Shown: positions 12,966 through 24,820 of the stretch, piece after piece
Layout: each line of letters starts with the position of its first letter
Position numbering within the stretch: the first letter of the stretch is position 1
NCBI RefSeq assembly: GCF_030028105.1
Contig: NC_092386.1
Coordinates: 49,964,347 to 50,028,346 of the forward strand
DNA from: Mobula birostris
Lineage: Eukaryota
Direction: 5' to 3'
DNA length: 64,000 bases
Position numbers and translations under genes: made by a program
The notes under the pieces: generated by a model
Told to the model about the DNA's origin: nothing
The model's database searches: none
What the model saw: the letters and a program-made list of their open reading frames with translations, nothing else

Positions 12966-14454
12966 AATCACAAGAAAAAACTTTTCCAGCATTACCATCA
13001 GTAGATTCAGCCATAATGAAACATTGCCAAAATACAAGATCCAAAAGAGGCCAGAGGAATAAAAACAGTAAAACACAGATAAATTGATCAGAAGCAAATT
13101 ATTTATGGAGTCTTAAAAGCAGGAAATCTGCTGCAGTGGACACTTGGGAGTAAACTTAAGCAAATGGAGTTGAAAACACAACCATCAGTACTTGGGATAA
13201 AGACCAAGGAAGGTCCAAATGGTAGCAGTTGGAGAAACACAGACTTCCATAGCCAAGGGTGTTAGAATGTCAGATAGTCCTTGAATAGGGAGCAAGGTGA
13301 AGGATGAAACAGTAGCTGAGGGCATTATTCTTTTTAATTTCAAACGAGGGTTGAATCTGGAAAGAAGTGAATATGTGACATGATCACACAACATGGTGAC
13401 CAGAGGTTCCACACGATAAATGGGATAACTTTGGATGTTATTAAGGACAAGACATGGAATAGTGGACAGGACCAGATCTAGACGCGGAAGACTCTGACTA
13501 CATGCAGAGCCTTACCAGAAAGCACTGAGCTGATGCCTGAATTAATGTTTGCAAAAGAGCAGAAACTCATGTTGCACCACAGTCAGGTTCCTCACACGAG
13601 TAGGCTTAGCAACAAAGGTTCCTGTCAGACTTCAAAGTTCAACATTCAAAATAACCTTATTATCGAAGTACATGTATGTCATCATATACAACCCTGAGAT
13701 TCATTTTCTTGTGGGCATCCTCAACAAATCTATAGAATAATAACTGCAACAGAATACCAAACTAGGCATTAAAGGGCAGTTGCATGCTGCAGATTGCAGT
13801 GATTGTAATTTTAAAAAGGGTATATTTTAAACAATATTTGCAACAATTGCCTCCAATCCACAGAGCGTCGCCAATGCTCACCGGCACCATTTTGAAATCT
13901 TCATTTTATAAACTAAGCGATTAGGCTGGCACTTGATCAAAGCCATAGCCCTGGCTAACAACCGAAAGGCAATGAATCCAGCGGCCTTCAATCACCATAT
14001 TACTGTCCCTAATGCTGCTCATTCAATCCCTGCCATTGGTACGTCACCACCTGCAACCACTGCTGATGTACTGCTCAGCAGTGACAAGGCTGGACTGTAA
14101 CAGCATAATTAATAGGATGCTGTTATAATCATTAATTCTGTAACTATTAGAATGCAGTGCCCTCAGAATGATACATTTACACTTTGAATATTTTCTTGAA
14201 AACCTAAAAGTAGTAAATAATTCTTTGAATAGCATGTGACACCAAAACAGTAGCCAATTAACAAAAAAGGTTGTTATTTCTAAAGCATTTTGCACAGCAT
14301 TCAATATCCAAGCAGAATTCAGAAGCTCTTCATTAAGTACCAACAACACCATAATGATAAAGACAGCAAATGTCTACCATTCAAATGCTTCCACAGACAA
14401 CAGTGGCAATGGTCAGCTTTTTAAAAAGGTAACATTAATCAAGGCACCAAGTGT

Positions 14455-14632
14455 AACACCCCTGATCTTCTGAACATGTGCCACTGGTCCACCTGAGAAA
14501 GCAGTCAGGAGAACCATTCAAAGTCTTACCCCAGAAGCACCATCAATACTTTGCTTGCATTTTGTGTTCAAGTAGAACTTGAACCCAGAATCTCCTGGCT
14601 CAGATAGCACAAATGCAACCAACCAAGTTAAC
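14455..14632 (-). mobile_element. Deu-type (SacSINE/AmnSINE-like) SINE remnant
   Basis: acacccctgatcttctgaacatgtgcc...ccacctgagaaagcag...acttgaacccagaatctcctggctcaga, read as a reversed Deu domain and tRNA head. Confidence 0.5.
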
Positions 14633-14664
14633 TCACACTTGTTCCACATCTCAGTTGAAATGAC

Positions 14665-14793
14665 AACTCAAATCTCTTACTAGCTCTTCTTTCAGTTAGT
14701 CCTGACAAAGGGTCTCGGCCCGAAACGTCGACTGTACCTCTTCCTAGAGATGCTGCCTGGCCTGCTGCGTTCACCAGCAACTTTTATGTGTGT
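14665..14793 (+). mobile_element. Short young PLE 3' unit
   Basis: Hammerhead motif followed by agatgctgcctggcctgctgcgttcaccagcaacttttatgtgtgt. Confidence 0.85.
14697..14734 (+). ncRNA. Minimal type-I hammerhead ribozyme motif, best-preserved copy (single core defect G8A)
   Basis: TAGTC-CTGACAA-A-GGGTCTCGGCCC-GAAAC-GTC^GACTG. Helix I UAGUC/GACUG, helix II GGGU/GCCC, palindromic ACGU helix III, GUC cleavage triplet at 14727-14729. Confidence 0.8.
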
Positions 14794-16604
14794 AGCATAC
14801 TAGATGAGGTGTTTTAAGCATCTTCACTCTGTCGGTATGCCAATATGTAGGAGTGATGTAATCTGAAGTTCAGGCATGTGAACACATCAAGAGGTTAGGC
14901 TTTTCAAAGCACAATAGTCCTTTTCAATGCCAGCAATACTCTCATCCGCTTCCCTACTCTCTCCCTACTCTTGCTACTGGGTTGCCGCTCCAGTCAACAC
15001 CAGTAACTCCCTGAAACCAACACAGTAAAGTACCTTCAGTGCTTAAGGGGAAGCAGGACAAATGCATATCCTACATGGAGCCAGGAGAAGAGGTCAGCAA
15101 TTGACTGGAAAATTCCACGAAGCGCGTGGGTAAGGGCTGAGAATGAAAAGCACAGAGAGGGGAAGAAATTGTTGAGATGTTGCTGGCAACAACGAAGACA
15201 AATGGTTAGCGCCATAGTGGAATAAAGGCTGGTGTTTGAAGTTAACTTAAATGGGTAGAAACTAACAGAGAAATATTAGGACCCGAACAAATGGTCCCTT
15301 CTCTTTTTAATTAACACATCATAAACATTCTCCCTCCCCAGGCTTCCTCCACACATGCCAAAAAAACAATGGCTTTAGTATCAAGGAATAATTCGGTAAG
15401 CAAACCATTTTGTAGAATGCTTTGGAGTGCCAAGTGAAACAGCAAAGTCTCAAGAACGAACAGCAACAAGGATACCCAGCCAGCTGCATCTCACAGATCA
15501 CTGCTTTCATTTTGTCAGTGGTTGCCATTTCAGTTTTGAAACTGTGGCTAAACTCTAAAAGATTTCTTTACTACGTTTCCTGAAGCTGTGCTCCTAACCT
15601 TACACACTTATGGCTTAATAAAACCTTCTATCTTTAATAAGTGAACAAAAAGAACGGTGTATTTTATGTTTTAGTGTATGATTGAATACTATCAGTAATC
15701 ACATGACATGCCCTCAGGCATTTTTCAAAACATATTCACCTCTGTGCTCAAAGGGGCATTTGTTGAATAATTTAGCTTATTTACTTTTTAGCAGATTTAC
15801 CTTCAAATTCAAATATCCACTGATTTATTTCCACTCCATCACTTTGGTGGAAAAACCAAATCTGGCGAAGTGGTGTTCTGAAAGGATTATTTGTTCCCAG
15901 TACAATACCACCTCTAAAGCTGGAGAAAGTATAGAAATTATTACATACAGGAATAAGAAATTAGATTCTTCTTTAAATTCAGATATTACAGAATTTAACT
16001 GTCCAAACAGAACTAAATATTCAGCCTCATTGTTGGTTTAAAAGTAATCTTAGACCATATCTCCCACAAAACTAACAGACCACAGTCATATTGCTCAAGG
16101 CAATCTCTACATGCATAAATTACCAAGCATCGAAATCTAATCCCAAAAGAAAAAACAGGTTAGATTTTGGCAATGTCAGGAGAAGCAGTGGAGTTATTCA
16201 AAAAAAATACAGGACTGGAATATAAGTCTTAGGACACAATAACATTGCAAATTTAGCTGGTAACTTTAATTTTTCTCATGAAGGAAGATTTGAAAAGCAG
16301 TGACTTCTCTGATAGATTCAGCTAAATAACAATGTCATCATTTCAAAATAATACAAAGAAATCATTGAACATTTTCCAGGGTAAATACATCACGTATTTC
16401 TGGTTATTATATATCTAGGCATCAGAAATGTGAAGTAAAAATTTCAAATCCTATGCTTATCTATAAGAATAATTCCATTAAAACATATTTAGATAATTTT
16501 CATAAACTCAATTTAACAACAGTTTAATGCAAGTTACTTCAAATTTACAGTTAAGTTCAGGATATCAAATGCCATTAGGCCTATGATACAGTTAGATTTT
16601 AATA

Positions 16605-18333
16605 CAGTGGATTCTGGTTAGTTGGGGCATATTGGGATCAGTACGTTTGGCCCAATTAAGCAGCTGCCCCCATTAGCCAAAATTTCATGGAATTAGTTAA
16701 ATGGTATATTTAAAAAAGACAAACTACCATTTGACTGAGTAACAATTGATTTAAATGAAATAGAAAACAAATTAGAATACTACCAAATCCTCTACAGTAC
16801 TATAAAACTGCATACGAGTTCCTAATAGTTATTGGAGGAATTAATCTGTATTCTTATGATTAAACAAAATTAGCACAAGCACTTAGGGCAGATCATAAAC
16901 ACAAGAAATTCTGCCCATGCTGGAAATTAAAAGCAACACACACAAAATGCTGGAGAAATTGGTCTGACAGCATCAATGGAAACGAATAAACAGTCAACGA
17001 TTTGGGCCGCGACCCTTGTTCAGGACTGGAAAGGAAGGAGGAAGACCATAGAATAAAAAGCTGGGCGGAGGGGAAGGAGGATAGTTAGAAGGTGAAAGGT
17101 GAAGCTTGATGGTGGGGAAAGGTAAAGGACTGGCAAGGAAAGAATCTGATGGGACAGGAGAGCGGAGCACGGAATAAAGGGAAGAAGGAGAGGCACCAGG
17201 GGAGGTCATCAGTGGGTGAGAAGAGGTAAGAGGCCAGAGTGGGGAATAGAAGAGGAGGGAAGGGGAAACAAAACCTTTTTTTTTTTTACCTGAAAGAGAA
17301 AACAATGTTCATGCATCAGGTTGGAGGCTACCCAGATAGAATATGAGGTATTGCTCCTTCACCCTGGGAGTGGCCTCATCATGGCAGAAGAGGCGGCCAT
17401 GGACCAACATGTCAGAACGAGAATAGAAATTCAAATATTTGACCACTAGGAAATTTTGCTTTTGGATGATGAAGTGGAAGCACTAAACAAAACTGCCCCC
17501 CAATTTACATCGGGTCTCACCAACGTAGAGGAGGCTGCATCAGGAGGACCAAATACAATAGCTGACCTCAACAAATTAGCAGATGAAGTGTAGCCTCACC
17601 CGGAAGGGTTGTTTGGTGCCCTGAATGGAGGTGAGGGAAGGAGTGGGCAGGTGTAGCACTTCAGTTGCTTGCAGAGTTAAGTGCTGGGAGGAAGATTAGC
17701 AGGGAAGCATGAATGGACAAGGGAATCATGGAGGGAGTGATCCCTGCTTACTCTGAATGGAGGTGAAGGTGGTGGTGAATGGGCAGATGTAGCCCTTTGG
17801 CTGCTTGCAGGCATAAGAGGTGGGATTGCTCCGTGATTCCCTTGTCCATTCATTTTGTGTGTTACCTTGTGTAGATAATGGACTGGCTTCATACAATACT
17901 TTTGACAACTGCACCCTCTAAACTTTCATTTTCATAGTAACATTCGAGATGATTGTAGCTACTGTCAAATTCTTCATAATTCCTAACTTGGAGAGAAATG
18001 ATTTCATTTTCATTCCCGGCTGTTCCTGGCTTCTCCAAGCCTGAATTCTTGAACCCGCAGTGAGTAAAACAGTTCCAAATTGCCTTTCCTGCTTATTTCT
18101 TGCCAACTATCAGTGGCAAAAACCACTGCTTTTGGACAAAACCACATGCAACTGACAAGCTGATTGCTCTAAGCATAGTGTCGTGTCCAACAGCCATGCA
18201 AGTGCACTCAACTGACGCTAGCTGAAACTGTTCGGTCAGTCTCTTGCCCCACTTATGCAGCACAAAGGAATCCCAGCTATTTTACAAACAGCTGCCCTGA
18301 TTAACTAGTGGCCCAATTAACCGGAATCCAATG
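16605..18333 (-). mobile_element. Internally deleted pogo/Tigger element, copy 2, with nested PLE
   Basis: TA|CAGTGGATTCTGGTTAGTTGGG ... CCCAATTAACCGGAATCCAATG|TA; TIRs and TA target duplication present. Confidence 0.85.
16897..17863 (-). mobile_element. Penelope-like element 3' part (GIY-YIG region plus tail) with short 5' inversion
   Basis: Minus-strand homology to 54800-55518; hammerhead remnant 16991-17028; inverted segment ~17820-17853; degenerate 16-bp TSD at 16881-16896 and 17864-17879. Confidence 0.85.
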
Positions 18334-18529
18334 TATAAAATCTTTGAAACATCAAACTATGATATCTCATCAGAAGCTCCAAACAAAATTTAGATAGCTT
18401 TGGTAATAATGTTAACAATATTATCTGTATTAATGATTATGCAGCAACCAATACCATCTCAAATCAGACCTCTAACAAAATTATCCCATTATAATTTGTG
18501 TATTGAAAACATTGGTACGTAATCACAGA

Positions 18530-20992
18530 TCAACATGCAGGTAGACTGGAGGAATCCGGTTGGTACTGGACCCCAAGAAATGGAGTTTGTGGAGTCCCTC
18601 CGAGATGGATTCTTAGAACAGCTTGTACTGGAGCCTACCAGAGAGAACGCAATTCTAGATTTAGTGTGGTGCAATGAACCGGATTTGATCAGGGACCTCG
18701 AGGTAAAGGAGCCATTAGGAGGTAGTGACCATAATATGATACGTTTTAATCTACAATTTGAGAGGGAGAAGGGAAACTTGGAAGTGTCAGTATTATAGTT
18801 AAACAAAGGGAACTATGGTGCTATGAGGGAGGAGCTGGCCAAAGTTCAATGGAACAATACCCTAGCAGGGATGACAGTGGAACAGCAATGGCAAGTGTTT
18901 CTGGGAATAATGTGGAAGGTGCAGGATCAGTTCGTTCCAAAGAGGAAGAAAGATCCGAAGGGGAGTAAGGGGAGGCCGTAGCTGACAAGGGAAGTAATGG
19001 ACTGTATAAAAATAAAAGAGAAGTATAACATAGCAAAGACGAGTGGGAAGCCGGAGGATTGGGAAACTTTTAAAGAGCAACAGAAGGTAACTAAAAAGGC
19101 AATACGTGGAGAAAAAATGAGGTACGAAGGTAAACTAGCCAAGAATATAAAGGGGGATAGTAAAAGCTTCTTTAGGTATGTGAAAAGGAAAAAATAGTTA
19201 AGACCAAAACTGGGCCCTTGAAGACAGAAATGGGTGAATTTATTATGGGGAACCAAGGAAATGGCAGATAAGTTGAACAGGTACTTTGGATCTGTCTTCA
19301 CTAGGGAAGACACAAACAATCTCCCAGATATAATAGTGGCCAAAGGACCTAGGGTAACGGATGAACTGAAGGAAATTTATATTAGGCAGAAAATGGTGTT
19401 GGATAGACTGTTGGGTCTGAAGGCTGTTAAGTCCCCGGGACCTGATGGTCTGCATCCCAGGGTACTTAAGGAGATGGCTTTAGAAATCGTGGACGCATTG
19501 GTAATCATTTTCCAATGTTCTATAGATTCAGGATCAGCTCCTGTGGATTGGAGGGTGGCTAATGTTGTCCCTCTCTTCAAGAAGGGAGGAAGAGAGAAAA
19601 CAGGGAATTATAGACCGGTTAGCCTGACATCGGTGGTGGGAAAGATGCTGGAGTCAATTATAAAAGATGAAATTACGACACATCTGGATAGCAGTAACAG
19701 GATCAGTCCGAGTCAGCATGAATTTACGAAGAGGAAATCGTGCTTGACTAATCTTCTGGAATTTTTTTTGAGGATGTAACTATGAAAATGGACAAGAGAG
19801 AGCCACTGGATGTAGTGTACCTGGACTTTCAGAAAGCCTTTGATAAAGTCCCACATAGGAGATTAGTGGGAAAAGTTAAGGCACATGGTATTAGGGGCAG
19901 AGTATTGACATGGATTGAAAATTGGCTGGCTGACGGAAGACAAAGAGTAGCGATTAATGGGTCCCTTTCGGAATGGCAGGTGGTGACCAGTGGGGTACCG
20001 CAGGGTTCAGTGCTGGGACCGCAGCTGTTTACAATATATATTAATGATTTAGATGAGGGAATTAAAAGTAACATTAGCAAATTTGCCAATGATACAAAGC
20101 TGGGTGGCAGTGTGAAATGTGAGGAGGATGTTATGAGAATGCAGGGTGACTTGGACATGGTGGGTGAGTGGGCAGATGCAGTTTAATGTGAATAAATATG
20201 AGGTTATCCACTTTGGTGGTAAGAACAGGAAGGCAGATTATTATCTAAATGGAGTTAAGTTAGGAAAAGGGGAAGTACAATGAGATCTAGGTGTTGTTGT
20301 ACATCAGTCACTGAAAGCAAGCATGCAAGTACAGCGGGCAGTGAAGAAGGCTAATGGCATGCTGGCCTTCATAACAAGGGGATTTGAGTATAAGAGCAAA
20401 GAGGTCCCTCTGCAGCTGTACAGGGCCCTGGTGAGACCACACCTGGAGTATTATGTGCAGTTTTAGTCTCCAAATTTGAGGAAGGATATTCTTGCCATTG
20501 AGGGAGTGCAGCATAGATTCACAAGGTTAATTCCCGGGATGGCGGGACTGTCATATGTTGAAAGATTGGAGCGACTGGGCTTGTACACTCTGGAATTTAG
20601 AAAGCTGAGAGGGGATCTTATTGAAACATATAAGATTATTAAGGGATTGGACATGCTGGAGGCAGGAAGCATGTTCCCGCTGATGGGCGAGTCCAGAACC
20701 AGAGGCCACAGTTTAAGAATAAGGGGTAGGCTATTTAGAACGGAGTTGAGGAAAAACTTTTTCACCCAGAGAGGGGTGGATGTATGGAATGCTCTGCCCC
20801 AGAAGGCAGTGGAGGCCAAGTCTCTGGATGCTTTCAAGAAAGAGATGGATAGAGCTCTTAAAGATAGCGGAATCAAAGGTTATGGGGATAAGGCAGGAAC
20901 TGGGTACTGATAGTGGATGATCAGCCATGATCACAGTGAATGGTGCTGGCTCCAAGGGCCGAATGGCCCACTCCTGCACCTATAGTCTATTA
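18530..20992 (+). mobile_element. CR1 LINE (second subfamily, HER1-type tail), 5'-truncated, disrupted ORF2
   Basis: Motifs [59 protein letters not shown]; 3'UTR gatcagccatgatcacagtgaatggtgctggctccaagggccgaatggccc. Confidence 0.95.
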
Positions 20993-21009
20993 TCAATTCA
21001 TCACATAAA

Positions 21010-21640
21010 GAGACCCTTTGGACCAATTTGCCCATACCAACCCCAAGGTGCCTTCCTGAGCCAGTCATTTGGTTGATGTCCCTATAAAATTTCCTTAGTG
21101 ATGTATTTGTCAAAATGTTTTTTAAACATTTAATTATTACCCACCTCTGTTACTTCCTCAGGGCAGCTCATTTTATGTACATGCAAACCCAGGTAAAGTT
21201 TCTCAGGTCCCCTTTAAACCTTCCTCCTAAACCGATACCCTCTAGTTTTAGATTCATCTACCTGGGAAAAACACTGTAACCATCCATTGTATCTTCACTT
21301 CCCTCATGGTTTTATAAACTCTAAGATCATCCTTCAGTTTCTGTCACTCCAGTGGAAACAATCCTAGTCCCTCCGCACAACTCAAGCCATCCAGTTCCGG
21401 CAACGTCCCTGTGAATCTTTTCTACAGACTCTCTCTAACTTAATCACGTCATTTCTATATTGTGGTGACCGGAACTGCTCAAGTCCAGTGCAGTCGTATC
21501 AACGCCCTAGACAGATGGAATATGATACTACAGCTCCTGCACTCAATGCAGTCAGAAATGTATGGCATGCTTACCTTCATCATCAGTAAGTACATGCACT
21601 ACCATTGTCAAAGACCTCTGTAGTACCTGCAAGTCCCGGC
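21010..21640 (-). mobile_element. Decayed CR1 LINE 3' portion
   Basis: Reverse-complement similarity to the CR1 RT C-terminus and 3'UTR. Confidence 0.6.
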
Positions 21641-21849
21641 TCTCTAAAGCAGTCTCCAAAACAAACCAAACACAATGCCATGATAATGAATAGATGTTGA
21701 GTCTTATCCATGTTATATTTGACATAAGAAATACAAGTTTATGTACATCTTTCCAGGCCTACAAACATCAAAAAAAACTAAAAATGTTGAATATAATAGC
21801 TCATTAGATTACTACACTGTGAATATATGGTTTACCCAACAGAGAAAAG

Positions 21850-21962
21850 CGTCACAAGAAACTGCAGATGCTGTAGACCAGAACAAAAAATCCAGAGGAA
21901 CTGAAGGTCAGGCAGCATCCATGGAGGCATTGTCATTTCAGGTCCAGATCCTGCAGAATCAC
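21850..21962 (-). mobile_element. Short decayed PLE tail
   Basis: cacaagaaactgcagatgctg...aggtcaggcagcatccatggagg. Confidence 0.65.
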
Positions 21963-23289
21963 TAACAATTATGTACCATAGCAAAAGCTAAAATTAAAAG
22001 AGAAACAAAGTCATGTGATTATTCTTGCCATGGTAACTGGTAATGAACAAAATATCATGTCGTCAAGCGAAGTGATCACAATTTAATCAGAATTGCAAGC
22101 TCACAGAAATGTAAAGTGTTTGCATTTTACAGAGTTACAACCTTTGGGAAGCTGTATCTCATATTAGGCTGAAAGAAATAATTTTGTGAACATTAAGAGC
22201 TTCTGAACGTAGTATAATTACCCAAGAATGCACTTAAAGCAATTATTTTTTTCAGAATTTACAAATCCTGGGGTTACCATCTGTTTCTGTAAAGTTAAAT
22301 ATCTTCACTGCTTATTAAAGAACCCTCACAAATCTGATTTTTTTTTGTTGATACAGCTTAAAGACTGTCAATATTTTGACTCTCTTCCTGAACTACAGAA
22401 TCTAACACATCAGTTACACCAGTGTTCAATTATTGTCCCATGGGAAAGAGTGGGAGAGGAGTGGGGTAACAATCATAGTTTAAAAAACCACAAAGATAAC
22501 ACAACTCTTCTTATTCCACCTTCTCCTTGAAAGCAATAGTAATTTCCTCTGCAGAAAATCGTGTTCAGCTTTTTGGGCATGCCTTGAAAGGTGACACATA
22601 ACCATAATTCAGTTCTGCATTGATCCTGCATTCCCACATTTCTGCTGAGCAAATTAATGAGAGGTACTTGCCGGATTACCTCCTGCAATAAACTGGGGCA
22701 ATGAGGAATTTGATTCTCCTCACTAATTCTCCACTGGAGTCAAGACAATTTAATACATGTTTAAACTCTGGACTTTTCCTCCTGACAAGTTTAGTTCCTC
22801 AAACTAAAATATCATCTGACCATTGGGCAAGTTGGCTTGATGCAAACAAGTCATGAGTGTCAGCAATGCATTGTTTTTCTAAAGGAGCCAAGGAGGTGAA
22901 CTTGGGTACTTAGAATTCCAGCTCTAAATAGTGTACTGTTCAACAGTGTTATGTTTACACACATCTCTTTAGAAGGTTTTGTTGTGTTTTTTTTAAATGG
23001 TGGCATTTTCCATTTTTAAATGGTTGGTGATAGCTCAACCAACCAACATATTTTCTGATTTCTCCTCTATCAACCTAGTCCACCTTCATATTGGAGGCGA
23101 GGGATCTATTGAGCTTGACATTCAGGTACACTGAGGTTTTGGAACCCAAACCACCAGACAAATGTAGGCACAAATCATGAATCTGCTCTCATTGGAAAGG
23201 AAGGACAGCATACAGCAAGTTACTCAAAAGTTATTAGAAACCTGTTCAATTGAGATCAACCACATTACTTTTACTTTATATTTTCAAGA

Positions 23290-23535
23290 GAGGACCATTT
23301 GACCCATTGAGTCTATGTCAGCCTGCAAAGCATTCCCAGTCCTATTGTTCCACTTTTATTTACTGTAACCTTTGTCTTTCTCATGCCCATCAACTTTACC
23401 ACGATTCACCTGCCAAAGGGACATTCCAGCAGCCAGTTAACTTACTAGAACATCTTTTGAGCTGAGAGAAGCAGAGACACCCGGAAAAAATCAGACACAG
23501 GTAGGACATGCAAACTCCATACATACATTTGCTGG
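23290..23535 (-). mobile_element. V-SINE (HE1-like), decayed
   Basis: ggacatgcaaactccataca is the reverse complement of the V-domain TGTGGAGTTTGCATGT; CR1-like tail at the left. Confidence 0.6.
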
Positions 23536-23599
23536 AGCCATGCACCAATTCACAAAAAAGTACAGGGAAGGGATTCTACAGCTAGATACGCACCAATAC

Positions 23600-24230
23600 A
23601 AGCAAAGATGAGGACATGGTCTTTCATGGTGTCGTCGCCACGCACAAACTGCACGTGATCAAATACTATCACAGCATGTGCCTCAACTTTGGATCTCAAG
23701 AAGCAGCCCAAGAATATGGTGTTTCCTTCATTAAGCCCAAGCAAATACTGCAAAGTTTGACCTTCAACGTTCAAGGAGTAAGAGAGGTTTCAAAACAAGA
23801 AGAGTTTAATTGTAACCCATCAATCTCTCCTTTATATGCATGGAGTCGTTTTCCTTAAAATTTTAATTACTGCTGGAGGAAAAGCTATTGAAAAGCAGAA
23901 GCTCCCTTCTAAGAGAGTGCTACAGGGCTATTAAAAGAAAATAAATATTTCACGGCATCTTAAAAGTTTCTTCCCCCAGGTTGTTAATCTGCACAACCAT
24001 TCCGGTAAGTCTGTCACTGTTCTGCACTGTAGACACTTAAAACAATGTTTTATAATGCTGTTTACATTGTAAATACATGTTGGCATTCATTAATATATGC
24101 ATATTTCATTCCAAATTGGTCCTTTAATTTCTAACATTTTTATATAATTCTTTATAATTTTTGAACGTTGTTTTTGTGTCACGCCCTGATCAACACACCA
24201 CAGCAAATTCCAAATATATGTAAATGATCC
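23600..24230 (+). mobile_element. Rex1/Babar-type LINE 3' remnant
   Basis: gctcccttct...ctacagggctattaaaa...aaaagtttcttcccccagg and a 3'UTR shared with 60110-60450. Confidence 0.6.
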
Positions 24231-24820
24231 TTGATGCAGATAAGTATTTTTACCTTCTCTTAATTGTGTATTTTTCACTGCCTTTTCAATTGGCTTCCAT
24301 CTAAAATTTAATAATTTACAGTGTATTCCCTGGTTCAGTCCTCAGGTCTCAGTAACAATTCTTCAGCAGATTACTGGCTTGGATTCTGCAGCTCCTGCAG
24401 TGGGGTTTGCATTGTTTTGGGTTTCTGAATGTTGCAAATTGCACTGGTGACTCCCCAAAGAAATTCTTTTGAGCCCATGTAATGAACTCCCTTTATCTGT
24501 CTCTCACCACGAAATAATGAACAATGCCATTAAGCTGGAAACTAGGCTTTTAACTATCTTTCAGTAAATACAGTGGATTCCAGTTAACTGGGACACATCA
24601 GGACCAGTACATTTTGACCCAATTAAGCAGCTGCCCCAATTAGGTGAAGTTTCATGGAAATAGTTATTAAAAAAATCCAAACCACCATTTAATGTAGTAA
24701 CAAATTTTGTACTTAAATGAAATACAGAATAAATCAGAACACTACTAATGCTACTACAGTACTATGAAACTGTATATTAGTTTCTGATAGTTATTGATTG
24801 ATGAATTCATCCAGTGTATG

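Noticed and set aside
13972-14100. 42-codon ORF MNPAAFNHHITVPNAAHSIPAIGTSPPATTADVLLSSDKAGL with nearby CCAAT/CRE-like motifs
   Set aside because: No recognisable homology or splice context; the length is expected by chance.
23616-23858. 80-aa ORF as a novel peptide
   Set aside because: It lies in a decayed Rex1-type LINE and weakly echoes its FLGV.I..KL.W motif.
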